DNA from: an uncultured delta proteobacterium
Lineage (GTDB): Bacteria > Desulfobacterota > Binatia > UBA9968
Direction of reading: 5' to 3'
Assembly: GCA_963755715.1 (NCBI GenBank)
Contig: CAVWLW010000044.1
Location: 48,050-112,049 of the forward strand
DNA length: 64,000 nucleotides
Shown here: positions 1 to 10,536 of the stretch, one piece after another
Numbering within the stretch: position 1 is the stretch's first letter
Layout of the letters: each line of letters opens with the position of its first letter
Made by a program: the position numbers and the translations under genes
Notes under the pieces: generated by a model
Told to the model about the DNA's origin: nothing
Database searches by the model: none
Seen by the model: the letters and a program-made list of their open reading frames with translations, nothing else

Positions 1-34
1 CAACTGAAGGTAAACGGTTAGGAGGAATCGACTC

Positions 35-865
35 ATGGAAAAAATCGGCTTTGTCGGCACCGGAGCGATGGGCAGCGCGCTCTTGTCGCGATTGAAATTG
101 GCCAACGTCGTCGCTACCGCCTTTGATATCGCGCCCGCTGCTTTGGACGCGGCGCGCGCGGAAGGCGCTGAAACCGCATCGTCTGCGAAAGCCGTTGCGC
201 AATCCTGCACGCTCATCGACGTGGTCGTACGCACCGATCAGGAAGTCCTGGAATGCATGCTCGGCAACGATGGCGTCTTGGAAGGCGCGGCGCCCGGCTC
301 GCTGGTCTTGTTGCACAGCACGATTCGGCCTGCGACGACGAAAAAAGTCGCCGAGCTGGCGGCGGATAAACGAGTCAACGTGATCGACGCCTGTATGACG
401 GCGGTCCCAAGCGCTGTGCGCCAGGGCGGTTTAACTTTTCTCGTTGGCGGGCAAAAAGCGTTCTTCGAGCGCGCCAAGCCCCATCTATTGAAGATGGCCA
501 AAGACGCCGTGCACATGGGTCCCCTCGGCTGCGGCAACGTGAGCAAGCTTTTCAAAAACATGGTCACCGCATCCGAAGCGCTGATCGTCTATGAAGCGTT
601 GCAGATCGCCAAAGCCGGCGGCGTCAGCTACAAAGCCGCGCTCGACCTGATGAAGAAAACCAAGTCGCAGCATGTCCTCGACCGCTGGGAAACTCGCTAC
701 GATATCTCCGACGGCGAGTTGAAGTTCAATCCAGGCACCAACCTCTACGACAAAGATTTGCCGCTAGCGGCCGACGTCGGCAAAGCTCTTGGCGCAGAGA
801 TTCCGGTCGTGGAAGCGTTGGCGAAACTGGGCGTCAAGCTAAACGGCGGGAAAATGAGTATCTAA
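35..865 (+). CDS. NAD(P)-dependent oxidoreductase, 3-hydroxyisobutyrate dehydrogenase/tartronate semialdehyde reductase family
   Basis: N-terminal IGFVGTGAMG Rossmann motif; HMGPLGCG..K catalytic Lys region; KDL C-terminal motif; GGAGG RBS. Confidence 0.9.
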   Translation: MEKIGFVGTGAMGSALLSRLKLANVVATAFDIAPAALDAARAEGAETASSAKAVAQSCTLIDVVVRTDQEVLECMLGNDGVLEGAAPGSLVLLHSTIRPATTKKVAELAADKRVNVIDACMTAVPSAVRQGGLTFLVGGQKAFFERAKPHLLKMAKDAVHMGPLGCGNVSKLFKNMVTASEALIVYEALQIAKAGGVSYKAALDLMKKTKSQHVLDRWETRYDISDGELKFNPGTNLYDKDLPLAADVGKALGAEIPVVEALAKLGVKLNGGKMSI

Positions 866-873
866 GAAAGGCC

Positions 874-939
874 GAAGGATAAAGGATAGGAGAAAAACTA
901 ACGGAAGGCTTATCCTTCCGCTTTTATCCTTCATCCTTT
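874..939. repeat. REP-like hairpin with ~7-nt periodic arms (AAGGATA / TATCCTT)
   Basis: GAAGGATAAAGGATAGG ... TTTTATCCTTCATCCTTT directly after a stop codon. Confidence 0.6.
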
Positions 940-944
940 CTTCT

Positions 945-1187
945 ATGGTGCGAACGAAAACCTACCGCGGCCACCGCGTCGAGTTTGACTCGGAGGAAAT
1001 TCGCACACGCGAATGGATCGCGAGAGCGACCATCGTCATCGCTGATGGCAAGAAGGAAAAGCGAATTCCCATTTTCGGACGGCGCCGAGGCACCTTCGAG
1101 ACCCAGAGACAAGCCGATGCCTACGCGCTCGAACTGGCAAAACTGTGGATCGACGGCCGCGTCTGGGGCACCAATGGACACGGTTGA
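945..1187 (+). CDS. small hypothetical protein
   Basis: 80-aa ORF filling the gap between co-oriented genes; YRG..I...WIA...TF....A..YA...AK.WID pattern. Confidence 0.7.
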   Translation: MVRTKTYRGHRVEFDSEEIRTREWIARATIVIADGKKEKRIPIFGRRRGTFETQRQADAYALELAKLWIDGRVWGTNGHG

Positions 1188-1207
1188 CCTGAATTGAAAG
1201 GAGACAT

Positions 1208-1627
1208 ATGGAAATCGTCGACGCACAAAAATTTCTCCAGCAAAACCACCGCGCCTGCATCGCCGTGCGGCAGAAAGACGGCTGGCCGCAAATGACTTTT
1301 GTCAGCCCGGGGATCGATCCCCAGGGACGCGTGATCATCACATCGCGCGGCACGACCTATAAGATTAAACACCTGCGCCGGGAGCCGCGGGTGTCGATGT
1401 TGATCTTCGGCGAGCAATACAGCGGCTCGAAGTTCGTGCAGATCCACGGCACCGCCGAGATCATCGAGCAGCCCGCCGCGATGGACATGTTAATCTATTG
1501 GTATAAGCAGGTGCGCGGTGAGCACAAGAACTGGGAGGAATACAAAAAGCGGATGGCCGACGAAAAGCGCGTGATCATCCGAGTCAACATCGAGAAGGTC
1601 GGCCCGCAAACCGTAAATAGGATTTAG
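1208..1627 (+). CDS. PPOX-class (F420/FMN split-barrel) oxidoreductase
   Basis: KDGWPQMTFV, K.KHLRREPRVS and RVIIRV motifs; AAGGAG RBS. Confidence 0.85.
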   Translation: MEIVDAQKFLQQNHRACIAVRQKDGWPQMTFVSPGIDPQGRVIITSRGTTYKIKHLRREPRVSMLIFGEQYSGSKFVQIHGTAEIIEQPAAMDMLIYWYKQVRGEHKNWEEYKKRMADEKRVIIRVNIEKVGPQTVNRI

Positions 1628-1654
1628 CTGCAAGATACGAAAATGGATGGTTTA

Positions 1655-1729
1655 CCACGAAGGTCACGAAGAACACGAAGGTAAGAATCTAAAATGAAAT
1701 TTCTTCGTGGCCTTCGTGCGCTTCGTGGT
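1655..1729. repeat. REP-like hairpin with 9-nt periodic arms (CACGAAG..)
   Basis: ACCACGAAGGTCACGAAGAACACGAAG ... CTTCGTGGCCTTCGTGCGCTTCGTGGT between convergent genes. Confidence 0.8.
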
Positions 1730-1738
1730 GATTCTTCA

Positions 1739-2725
1739 TCAGGCCGCCGCACGAAGCCGCTCGCGATCATGCGACAATTCGAGATGACTCATGTCGGGTC
1801 CGATCGGCACGATACCCGTCGGATTGACGTTGCGCTGGCCGTAGTAACCTGATTTGGTTTTTTGCAAATCGAACGTCTCTCTGATCCCCGGCCACTGGTA
1901 CAGCTCGCGCAAATAGTTTCGCAAATTCGGATAATCCTGCACACGGCGCAGGTTGCATTTGAAATGGCCGTGATAAACCGGATCGAAGCGCAGCAAGGTT
2001 GGGAAAGCGCGCCAGTCGGCTTCCGTGATGCGCTCGCCGACTAAATAGCGCCGCTCATTGAGCCACTGTTCCATTTGATCCAAGCAAACAAAAACTTTCT
2101 TCACTGCTTCGTCGTAGGCTTCCTGGCTGCGCGCAAAACCGGCCCGGTAAACCCCGTTGTTGAAGTGGTTATAAACGAAATCGTTGATCCGATCGATTTC
2201 GCCGCGCAGCTCTTCCGGGTAGAAATCGTAGCTCACATTCGTATGCGCGCCAAAGCCGGAGTTGAACATACGAATGATTTCAGATGACTCGTTGTTCACG
2301 ATCGTGCGCCGCTCGCGGTCCCAGAGCGTCGGTACGGTCACTTTGCCGGTGTAGTTGGCATCCGCGGCCGCGTAAACTTGATGCAGACGAAAGACGCCGT
2401 CTTTTTCCGGTTGAAAGTCGTCGATCGTCTCGGAATAAGCCCAACCCGCGGTTTTCGGCCTATCGGCCAGCGACATCGAAACCGCGTTTTCTAGTTTCTT
2501 AAGCTTGCGGAAGATGATCGTCCGATGAGCCCAAGGACAATTGTAAGAAACGAAAAGATGGTAACGTCCCGGCTCGGCTTTGAAACCGCCGCTGCCGGAA
2601 GGACCGGCGTTGCCATCAGCCGTAACCCAGCTACGGAACTGCGAGTCGGCACGCACAAATGCGCCGCGCACATCGGCCGTGATCCGGTCATCGTCCACCC
2701 ATCTGCCGTTCATCATGTGGCCCAT
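1739..2725 (-). CDS. glutathionyl-hydroquinone reductase (GST omega/Xi class, YqjG-like)
   Basis: GRYHLFVSYNCPWAHR, TVPTLWD, NNESSEIIRM, NNGVYRAGFA, NPTGIVPIGP; start moved to MGHMMNG after the GAAGGAG RBS. Confidence 0.93.
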   Translation of the reverse strand: MGHMMNGRWVDDDRITADVRGAFVRADSQFRSWVTADGNAGPSGSGGFKAEPGRYHLFVSYNCPWAHRTIIFRKLKKLENAVSMSLADRPKTAGWAYSETIDDFQPEKDGVFRLHQVYAAADANYTGKVTVPTLWDRERRTIVNNESSEIIRMFNSGFGAHTNVSYDFYPEELRGEIDRINDFVYNHFNNGVYRAGFARSQEAYDEAVKKVFVCLDQMEQWLNERRYLVGERITEADWRAFPTLLRFDPVYHGHFKCNLRRVQDYPNLRNYLRELYQWPGIRETFDLQKTKSGYYGQRNVNPTGIVPIGPDMSHLELSHDRERLRAAA

Positions 2726-2790
2726 AGGATTTACTCCTTCCCGATGATTGATTCCTATCAAAATCATCGCAGACGGAAAAGCCGGCTCTA

Positions 2791-2861
2791 ACCGCAGAGA
2801 CGCAGAGCACGCGGAGATAGAAGTCGGAATTGTACCTCTGCGTCCTCCGCGCCTCCGCGGT
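2791..2861. repeat. REP-like hairpin with 8-9-nt periodic arms (CGCAGAG/CGCGGAG)
   Basis: ACCGCAGAGACGCAGAGCACGCGGAG ... CTCTGCGTCCTCCGCGCCTCCGCGGT. Confidence 0.8.
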
Positions 2862-2941
2862 AAAGAATTCCGACCCGCGTTGACACCGGAATAGACGTTC
2901 TGCGATAAGCTGAGACATCATAGTCGCCAGCAGGAGCTGAA

Positions 2942-3898
2942 ATGGAAACAGTCGGTTTCATCGGTCTTGGCAACATGGGCGGACCCGTCGCCGGACACAT
3001 TCAGAGCGCCGGCTTTCCGATGATCGTGTTTGATCTGCGCGAGGAAGCTACGCATCCGTTTGAAGAGCGCGGCGCGAAGGTTGCCGACAGCGTCTCAGAC
3101 TTGGCGCGCCGGAGCGACGTGATTCTCACGGCACTGCCGATGCCCGACGATGTGGAGCAAGTCGCCTGCGGCGCCGCGGGGATCATCGAAGGAATCAGAC
3201 CCGGCGCCGTCTACATCGACATCTCGACCAGCCCGCCGTCGCTCATTCGCAAGCTGGCACCCCTGTTTCGGGAAAAGGGCGCGCATGTTCTCGATGCGCC
3301 GGTCGCTTCGGGCCAACCCGGCGCCGCACGCGGCATTCATGAGGTGATGGTGGGCGGGGATAAAAACATCTTCGAGCGCGCCAAGCCGGTGCTCGAAGCG
3401 TTCGGCGACCAGGTGCTCTATGCCGGGCCGCTTGGTTCCGGGAGCATCTGCAAGCTCGTCCATCAGATGATCAACAGCACCCTATCCCAATCGATCGCCG
3501 AAGGACTCACCCTGGGCGTGAAAGCCGGGGTCGATACCGTAGCGCTCTGGGAATGCGTCCGGCGCGGTATGGTCGGACGGATGCATGTGCTGCACGTGCA
3601 AGTGCCGCAGACGGTTTTTCGCAATAATTATGCGACGGACACTTTCCCCCTCAAATTGCTACGCAAGGACGTCGGCTTGGCGACGGCGCTCGGCCGGGAA
3701 CTGAACGTGCCCTTGCCACTGGCCAACATCGCGGAACAAAAACTCGTGGCCGCCGTCAACCGTGGTCTGGGCGATCAGTCAGCGTACACCGTCACCTTTC
3801 AACTTCAGGAAGAAGCGGCGCAGGTTAAACTACGCGCCGACGGCATCGACCCGCAGCAGGCGGGAAAATATATTTCAACGAACCCGGAAGCGAAGTAA
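2942..3898 (+). CDS. NAD(P)-dependent oxidoreductase, 3-hydroxyisobutyrate dehydrogenase family
   Basis: VGFIGLGNMG, DAPVASG, GSGSICKLVHQ, LLRKDVGLA. Confidence 0.92.
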   Translation: METVGFIGLGNMGGPVAGHIQSAGFPMIVFDLREEATHPFEERGAKVADSVSDLARRSDVILTALPMPDDVEQVACGAAGIIEGIRPGAVYIDISTSPPSLIRKLAPLFREKGAHVLDAPVASGQPGAARGIHEVMVGGDKNIFERAKPVLEAFGDQVLYAGPLGSGSICKLVHQMINSTLSQSIAEGLTLGVKAGVDTVALWECVRRGMVGRMHVLHVQVPQTVFRNNYATDTFPLKLLRKDVGLATALGRELNVPLPLANIAEQKLVAAVNRGLGDQSAYTVTFQLQEEAAQVKLRADGIDPQQAGKYISTNPEAK

Positions 3899-3969
3899 AC
3901 GTTCGGCACCCATGCGCCCGAACAAACTGTTTAAAAGATCTGAACCGCTTCACAGATACGAGGTGATCT

Positions 3970-5103
3970 ATGGCCAACAACGGTTTCAAAGTTTTAGACA
4001 GCGACATGCACATCCTCGAGCCTGCCGATCTCTGGCAGCGTTACATCGATAAGAAATTTAAACACCGCGCGCCCATCGGCACCACCGATCATGTGCGGGA
4101 CTTGCGCCTTGTCGGTCCAGACGGCCGCGCCTGGGGCCGCCCGGCCGATCCGCCACCTGGAACACTTCCCCCGCCGGGTCACATTTTTCACAAGAATCAG
4201 AAACTCTTTAAAACTCACAACGAGCGTGGCTGGTCGTCACAAGTTCAGCTCGACGCCATGGAAGAAGAAGGAATAGATCTCGCTATTCTCTACCCGAGCC
4301 GCGGGCTGAACGTTCTGAGCATCCCGCAATTGGATCGCGAATTCGCCGCCGCGCTGGCGCGTGCCTACAATGACTGGCTTTACGAATTCTGCCAGGCCGA
4401 CCCGAGCAAGCTTGTCGGCGCCGGTATGATTTCGCCCTTCAACATCGAGGACGCGATCGCCGAGACGCGCCGTTGCGTCGAGCAATTAGGTTTTCGCGCG
4501 ATTTTTCTCCGCGCCAATATCGTCAATGGGCACAACTGGCACGAGCCCTATTACGAGCCGCTTTGGTCCGCACTCGAAGATCTCGGCGTGCCGCTCGGCT
4601 TTCATGAGGCGAACAACTCGGCGGCGCGCCAGGTCGGCGAACAGTTCGGTTATGATTTCATGCTGCGGCATACTTTTTCCCATCCCGTGGAACAGATGCT
4701 TGCCGTCGGTAGCTTCTGCGGCGGCGGGATTTTAGACCGCCATCCAAAACTACGCGTAGCATTTCTCGAAGGCAACTGCGGTTGGCTGCCCTTTCTCATG
4801 TGGCGTCTCGATGAACACTGGGAATTGTACGGCGATCAGTGGGCGCCACAGCTTCAAAATCCCCCGAGCTTTTACTTCAAGCGGCAGTGTTACGCGTCGG
4901 TCGAATGCGACGAGGAGCCAGCGAAGTACGCGATTGATTACCTCGGCAACGAGCGCTTGGTTTTTTCCACCGACTTTCCGCATGTCGATACCAAATATCC
5001 GAAGGCCGTCGAGCGCTTTCTCCAACTGCCGCTCACTGATGAAGACAAGCGAAAAATTCTCTGGGATAACTGCGCGGCTTATTACGGCGTCGTTGGAATG
5101 TAA
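3970..5103 (+). CDS. amidohydrolase_2 family protein
   Basis: DSDMH metal motif, ARAYNDWL, LGFHE, FLEGNCGW, FSTDFPH, KILWDN. Confidence 0.9.
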   Translation: MANNGFKVLDSDMHILEPADLWQRYIDKKFKHRAPIGTTDHVRDLRLVGPDGRAWGRPADPPPGTLPPPGHIFHKNQKLFKTHNERGWSSQVQLDAMEEEGIDLAILYPSRGLNVLSIPQLDREFAAALARAYNDWLYEFCQADPSKLVGAGMISPFNIEDAIAETRRCVEQLGFRAIFLRANIVNGHNWHEPYYEPLWSALEDLGVPLGFHEANNSAARQVGEQFGYDFMLRHTFSHPVEQMLAVGSFCGGGILDRHPKLRVAFLEGNCGWLPFLMWRLDEHWELYGDQWAPQLQNPPSFYFKRQCYASVECDEEPAKYAIDYLGNERLVFSTDFPHVDTKYPKAVERFLQLPLTDEDKRKILWDNCAAYYGVVGM

Positions 5104-5123
5104 TTGGAACGCGAGAATGGGTC

Positions 5124-6072
5124 ATGGCTAGAAACATTTTGGTGGCGCTTTGGCTTTTCGCCGAGATGTTATTGCCTCGGTCGTCCTCGGCGGCCGACGC
5201 GCAACAAAAAGTTCGGATCGGATATCCGTCGTCAGCCGTTTCGACCCTTCCCTTCGACATCGCCAAAGAGAAAGGCTTTTACACCAAAGCAGGTCTGGAG
5301 GTCGAATACATCCAGATGCGCAGCGCCATCGGCCCGCAAGCGATCTTGAACGGAAATATTAACTTCTTCACTTCGCCGCAAGCCGCGATCAACGCTGCGG
5401 TCGCCGGCTTGCCTCTCGTGGTCGTGCTGTCACTTTACCGCGACACGCCTGTGGGTGTTGGTGACAAGTAAAGACATTGCCAAACCCCAGGATCTCGCAG
5501 GCAAAAAGATCGCGATCTCCGACATCCGATCGTCGCCCTACTATTTCGCGCGCGCCGGATTGAAGAAACTCGCATTAGACGAGAAGCAGGTCAGCCTTGT
5601 CACCACCGGCGGGACTTCGAACAGTTTCGCGACGCTCGCAACCAATCAGGTAGCTGGGGCGGTCTTGAGCCCGCCGTTTGACGACAAGGCGGTTTCCTCC
5701 GGCTATAAGAAATTTCTTTTTCTCGGCGACCTCGCGGATATTCCCTACGTCGGACTGTTTACGTCCCAATCTGAGATTCGCAATAGCCGCGACCGGATTA
5801 GAAAAACTATATCGGCGGTGCTGGACGCGGTCGCATGGCAGCGCGCCAACCGCGCTGAAACTATCAAGATAATTGCCGCGCGCTTCAAAATCAGCGCAAA
5901 CGAGGCGGAACATTCCTACGAGACTATCATCGGCATTCTTTCGCCCGACGGCGCCATGGATTTGAAAAAAGTGCGCGGCTACTTGACGCTGCTCCGAGAA
6001 GAACGGCCCCTACCGGAAAGTTTGGATGCCGAGAAATTGGTCGATTTCTCGATGTTGCCATCGGCGCGCTAG
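5124..6072 (+). CDS. SsuA/THI5-like ABC substrate-binding protein (frameshift near 5450)
   Basis: ORFs 5124-5471 and 5455-6072 join into one protein with signal peptide, EKGFY..GLEVE and DLAGKKIAIS. Confidence 0.8.
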
Positions 6073-6138
6073 TTTGCTTTTATAAAACTATGGGATTCGT
6101 GACAAAACCAACCTGCCAGCGCACTTTGTTTTTGGGTC

Positions 6139-6600
6139 ATGATTGTCGCGGCGGCAAACGTCTTTGCGGCTGCGGACCCAGTGGAAGAAATCTTAAAGGA
6201 ACAAACCAAAGCACGGCAGGAGCAAAAGGCAAAAGAGCAACAACGCCAAGAACAAATCGAAAATTTGAAGCGCGACCGGGAAATCAATCAGGCGCAGCAG
6301 CAATTGGATCAGCTCAAGCAATCAAAGCCGGAGGCTTCTCAGCCGCAGCAACCCGACGCCGCGCAGGCGCAACGGCAATTGGATCAGCTGAAAAACGATC
6401 AGCAGCTGCAGCGTTTGCAAACCGATCAGCAGATCAATCGAATCCAGCGCGAGCCCGACCCTTTGCGCCAGCAACAGCAGATCGACAATTTGCAGCGCCA
6501 GCAGCGGATCGACTCTCTCCAGGATCAAATTCGCCGCAACCAAACTCAGCAAGATTTGGATCGCCTGCGGCAGCAGCAGAATACGAGGCCGACAAGGTAG
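6139..6600 (+). CDS. Gln-rich, probably secreted coiled-coil protein
   Basis: Hydrophobic N-terminus (in-frame upstream ASALCFWV + MIVAAANVFAA); QAQ.QLDQLK occurs twice, QQI..LQ repeats; true start may lie upstream across a frameshift. Confidence 0.7.
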   Translation: MIVAAANVFAAADPVEEILKEQTKARQEQKAKEQQRQEQIENLKRDREINQAQQQLDQLKQSKPEASQPQQPDAAQAQRQLDQLKNDQQLQRLQTDQQINRIQREPDPLRQQQQIDNLQRQQRIDSLQDQIRRNQTQQDLDRLRQQQNTRPTR

Positions 6601-6652
6601 AAAGCGGGTTCAAACCTGCCTACGAGTATTTGTCGATTTCGCCATCGACTGA

Positions 6653-7724
6653 TTAGCTTAATTTTTCTTTCAGCCATTGAACGATCACCGCCTGAGCATC
6701 GCCGCCGCCCATGTGACCGCCGGGATAAAAACGCGCGGCTTTCGGGGTGCCGTGTTCGAGCAAGAGATACATATCGGCGATCGGAAAGACGCTATCGTTG
6801 ACGCCGTTGACGCAGAGTAGCGGCGCGCAGGGTTTGTCGAGAATTCCCTGATCGATCAGCGAAAGCTTCGGCGCGTATTCGACCCATTCTTGCGCCGTGG
6901 AACGGCCGAAGGCGCAGGCCAAAGTCTCGGCTAATTCGAACGGATACTCACCGCGCTGCGCGTTGACAATCCAATCTTTTTGAAACGCAAAATGAGCCGG
7001 ACCGCCTTGGTTCACCGCCGCGCGCAATCGTGCCGCATGCGTGTGCGCGACTTTCGTCGCCCAATAACCACCCGTGCTGCCGCCATGAACGCCGACGCGA
7101 TCCGAATCGAGATCCGAACGACTCGCGATGAAGTCGAAGACTGCGTCCCATAGTCGTTCGCCGTTCTCCGACCCGGCGAGGGGCGCGTCGGCCACGCCGG
7201 GCATGTCGATCGCGAGCGGCGCCAGGCCAGCCTTCAAATATGGCTCGCTGGCGCGCTCTTCTTTGAAGGCATCGATGCCGCCCCAGACAACCACAACCGG
7301 AGGCTTGGCGACTCCTTGGGTTTTCGCAGGAGACCGACGGCATCTTGCCTTCTCCCGCGCGTCCGGCAAACGGCATCTCTACGCGCTCCAACGGTGGATC
7401 GAAATAGCGCGCGGCTTTAAGAAAATATTCCTGAGACTTTCGGTACGCGGCCAGTTTGCCGGGTGAATTCGGCGCCGGATAACGCGCCACGTGCTGACAG
7501 TCATAGGCAATCAAATACTCCCTACGGGCTGTATCGCTATCGCCCTTCGCTTCTGCCTGTGCGGCCCGCTCTTCGTGCGGCGCTGCCAACGCGCCGAACG
7601 CATTGGCCCATTCCTCCCGATCGACGGAACGCAGCCCGGTGATCACCGGCAGGACCTCTTGGAAAATTGTGTAGAGAAACGGATTGCGATTTTCTTGTGC
7701 GCGTTCGAACAGCTCGCGTTTCAC
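6653..7724 (-). CDS. alpha/beta hydrolase, FrsA/DHPON-hydrolase-like (frameshift near 7350)
   Basis: ORFs 6948-7724 and 6653-7369 join; GGID..K, IDMPG, GGSTGG nucleophile elbow, D and GGHMG. Confidence 0.85.
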
Positions 7725-7990
7725 TTCGTCGATCGGACGCGCTTCAAAGGCGCTCTCGCGTGTTTGTCATTATCGTTTCTCCAGCAGTCAAATTCAGACG
7801 AACCGAAGGTAATCAAAGCCGAACGATCAAGTCAACGAATAATTCGCATTGGTGAACTGCCGGACGATTGACAGGAACTCGCTTTCTATAGCACTAATGC
7901 TTTAGATGGCGTTCGAGCAAAACAATCAAGCAACCACTGGCGCGCCAAAACCCAGGGGTCGCCGGCGTCGAGACGCTGCCGCCCTTTGCC

Positions 7991-8770
7991 GTGTCGTCGG
8001 CGCGCGACTTGACCGGCCGCCTCTTACCGCCGCTGCTTGCCGTCGCGAGCGTGATTCTCATCTGGTGGACGCTCTATCTGATCTATCCGCGACTGTTGCC
8101 GAGTCCGCTGAGCACCGTTAGGGAAGCGATCCGGTTGGTTTCCGACGGCACTTTCTTTTTCCATATGTATCAAAGCTTGCGGCGCGTATTCGTCGGCGCC
8201 GTGATCGCGATGTTCTTTAGCGTCGGCGTCGGTATCTATATGGGCACGGTCGTCATGGGCGAGCGCTTTTTCCAGCCCTTGGTCGTGCTCGGTCTCACCA
8301 TCCCCGGCTTGATGTGGGCGCTCATCGCCGTCATGCTCTTCGGCATCAATGAGTTTTCGCCCTACTTCGCGGTGACGGTCACGATCTTTCCCATGCTGGT
8401 CATCAATATTTGGGCGGGAGTAAAATCCCTCGATAAAGAGCTCATGGACATGAGCCACGTCTTTCATTTTACCAAGTGGATGAAAATCTCTCAGGTGATC
8501 CTGCCGCAACTGGTGCCGAATATTTTTGCCGCGACTCGGTACGGCTTGGGTCTCGCGTGGAAGGTCGTCGTGGTCGTCGAGATGTTCGGTACCAGCAACG
8601 GCGTTGGCTATCAGGTCATGAAAGCTTATCAAGTCTTCAACATGGAAGGTGTCATCGCCTGGACGCTTACATTCGTCGTGGCTATGATCGTGATCGAATA
8701 CGGCATCATCAATTTGGCCGAACGGCGCCTTACCGCATGGCGTCCCAAGATCGACGTCTGGAGACGCTAG
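7991..8770 (+). CDS. NitT/TauT ABC transporter permease
   Basis: Multiple TM helices, LPSP motif, AWKVVVVVEMFG..GVGY. Confidence 0.92.
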   Translation: MSSARDLTGRLLPPLLAVASVILIWWTLYLIYPRLLPSPLSTVREAIRLVSDGTFFFHMYQSLRRVFVGAVIAMFFSVGVGIYMGTVVMGERFFQPLVVLGLTIPGLMWALIAVMLFGINEFSPYFAVTVTIFPMLVINIWAGVKSLDKELMDMSHVFHFTKWMKISQVILPQLVPNIFAATRYGLGLAWKVVVVVEMFGTSNGVGYQVMKAYQVFNMEGVIAWTLTFVVAMIVIEYGIINLAERRLTAWRPKIDVWRR

Positions 8771-9532
8771 ATGGCGGAGCTATTAGTCAAAGACGCGGAG
8801 AAATGGTTTCGCCGCGAGGATGGCGAGCCGTTCAAAGTGATCGACCGGCTATCATTCGAGGCCCGCGAAGGTTGTGTCACGGTTCTAATCGGGCCGTCGG
8901 GATGCGGCAAATCGACGTTGCTCAATTCCGTCGTCGGCTTGGAAACGCTCGACCGCGGCGAGCTGCTTTTCACCGTCGAGGGGCAAACTCGAGAACGCCC
9001 GCTCATCGGTTATGTCTTTCAAAGCCCGCGCTTGCTGCCGTGGAAAACCATTGGTGAAAACATTAGTCTCGCGTTAAAAGGCGCGGGTATTGGCCGAACT
9101 GAATGGGACTCTCGCGTGGCGCATTACTTGAAGCTCGTGGGGCTCGAGGAATATGTGAATCAATTTCCGTTATATCTTTCTGGTGGTCAGCGCCAGCGTG
9201 TCGGCTTGGCGCGCGCCTTGGCGGTCGAGTCGGACATTGTGCTGATGGACGAGCCTTTCGCGAGCGTAGACGAGCTGACCGCGCGCCAGTTGCGTCAGAC
9301 GACGCGGCGCCTATGCGAGCAACTACACCGCACAGTGCTTTTCGTTACCCATAACCTGGCCGAAGCGGCCTACATGAGCGATTACGTCGTCACGTTGACC
9401 AACCGCCCGGCACGTCTCGATGCCTACGTAACCAGTCCGCTACACTCACCGCGCCACTGGGGACCGGAGATTTATAATTTTGCCGCCGAGCTGGAAACCA
9501 AAGTGACTCTGAAGGAGGATGAAGGATCATGA
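8771..9532 (+). CDS. NitT/TauT ABC transporter ATP-binding protein
   Basis: GPSGCGKS, LSGGQRQR, LMDEPF. Confidence 0.95.
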   Translation: MAELLVKDAEKWFRREDGEPFKVIDRLSFEAREGCVTVLIGPSGCGKSTLLNSVVGLETLDRGELLFTVEGQTRERPLIGYVFQSPRLLPWKTIGENISLALKGAGIGRTEWDSRVAHYLKLVGLEEYVNQFPLYLSGGQRQRVGLARALAVESDIVLMDEPFASVDELTARQLRQTTRRLCEQLHRTVLFVTHNLAEAAYMSDYVVTLTNRPARLDAYVTSPLHSPRHWGPEIYNFAAELETKVTLKEDEGS

Positions 9533-10500
9533 AAACGAGACGGGATTATTTGCGTTTGCTGATTTTTCTAGTGACGTCATGTCTCGCCGATCCGGCGTTA
9601 GCCGGGCAAGCTATGCAGACGATCAACATCGCCACCAGCGCCGCCGGCCAGTCCGGTTACATCGCCGCCCTGATTGAAAACAAAAAGCTCGACGTCAAAT
9701 ACGGCATTAAGATCAATAACATGATGATGGACTTCACCGAAGCGGCAAACGCGGTGAAGCTCGGCCGAACTACGGCGAGTTCCATGCAACCGAGCACCGC
9801 GGTGAACCTGGTAAAAAGCGGCACGGACATTCGTCTGATCACGCCACAGATTTGGTCCGGCAACTCCTGGGTCGTGCGCAAGGATGCGCCGTACAAATCT
9901 TTCGGCGACCTCAAAGGCAAAAAGATCGGCAACTTCGCGCGTGTTACCGGGGCCTATTTTTTCTCCGCGGTCATCGCTAAGGAGCAGAAGCTCGACATCG
10001 AGAAAGATTTTCAAAACGTGCCGGCTGAAACGGGCGCGCTGATCGCTCTTTTAGAACGGGGCGAGGTCGAGGCGATCAATATGTTCGAGCCGCACACCAC
10101 GAGATTGGTGATGTCCGGCAAGTATCGGGTGCTCGCCGATTTCGACATCGAGCTCGAGAATATCTTTGGCGCGCCGCCGCTCAAATCGACCGTGGGTATG
10201 CTCAAGGAGACGGTGGAAAAACAGCCCGCGCTGGTCAAGGCCATTCGCAGCGCCTATGGGGATGCGATTCAGGTGATTAAAGCGGGGCAGGACGAAGAGT
10301 TTTTCAAGTCGAAAGCGAAAGAGCTATTCAATTTGAGCACGCCGGAAGAGATCGCTGCAGGGCTGAAACAGAACAAAGCCAATTTTGCCGATAAGTGGGG
10401 CGAGAGCTTCTTTCAGTCACAGAACAAAATTTTGCAATCGGGCATTTCCTTGGGCTTGCTGCCGAATATCGGCGATCTGAATAATCTCTGGATCAAGTAG
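9529..10500 (+). CDS. NitT/TauT ABC substrate-binding protein
   Basis: Signal peptide, DLKGKKIG, operon position, ATGA overlap. Confidence 0.88.
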   Translation: MKTRRDYLRLLIFLVTSCLADPALAGQAMQTINIATSAAGQSGYIAALIENKKLDVKYGIKINNMMMDFTEAANAVKLGRTTASSMQPSTAVNLVKSGTDIRLITPQIWSGNSWVVRKDAPYKSFGDLKGKKIGNFARVTGAYFFSAVIAKEQKLDIEKDFQNVPAETGALIALLERGEVEAINMFEPHTTRLVMSGKYRVLADFDIELENIFGAPPLKSTVGMLKETVEKQPALVKAIRSAYGDAIQVIKAGQDEEFFKSKAKELFNLSTPEEIAAGLKQNKANFADKWGESFFQSQNKILQSGISLGLLPNIGDLNNLWIK

Positions 10501-10536
10501 CGCGGGTTGGCTTTTAATGGAGATCTCTGATGGGAC

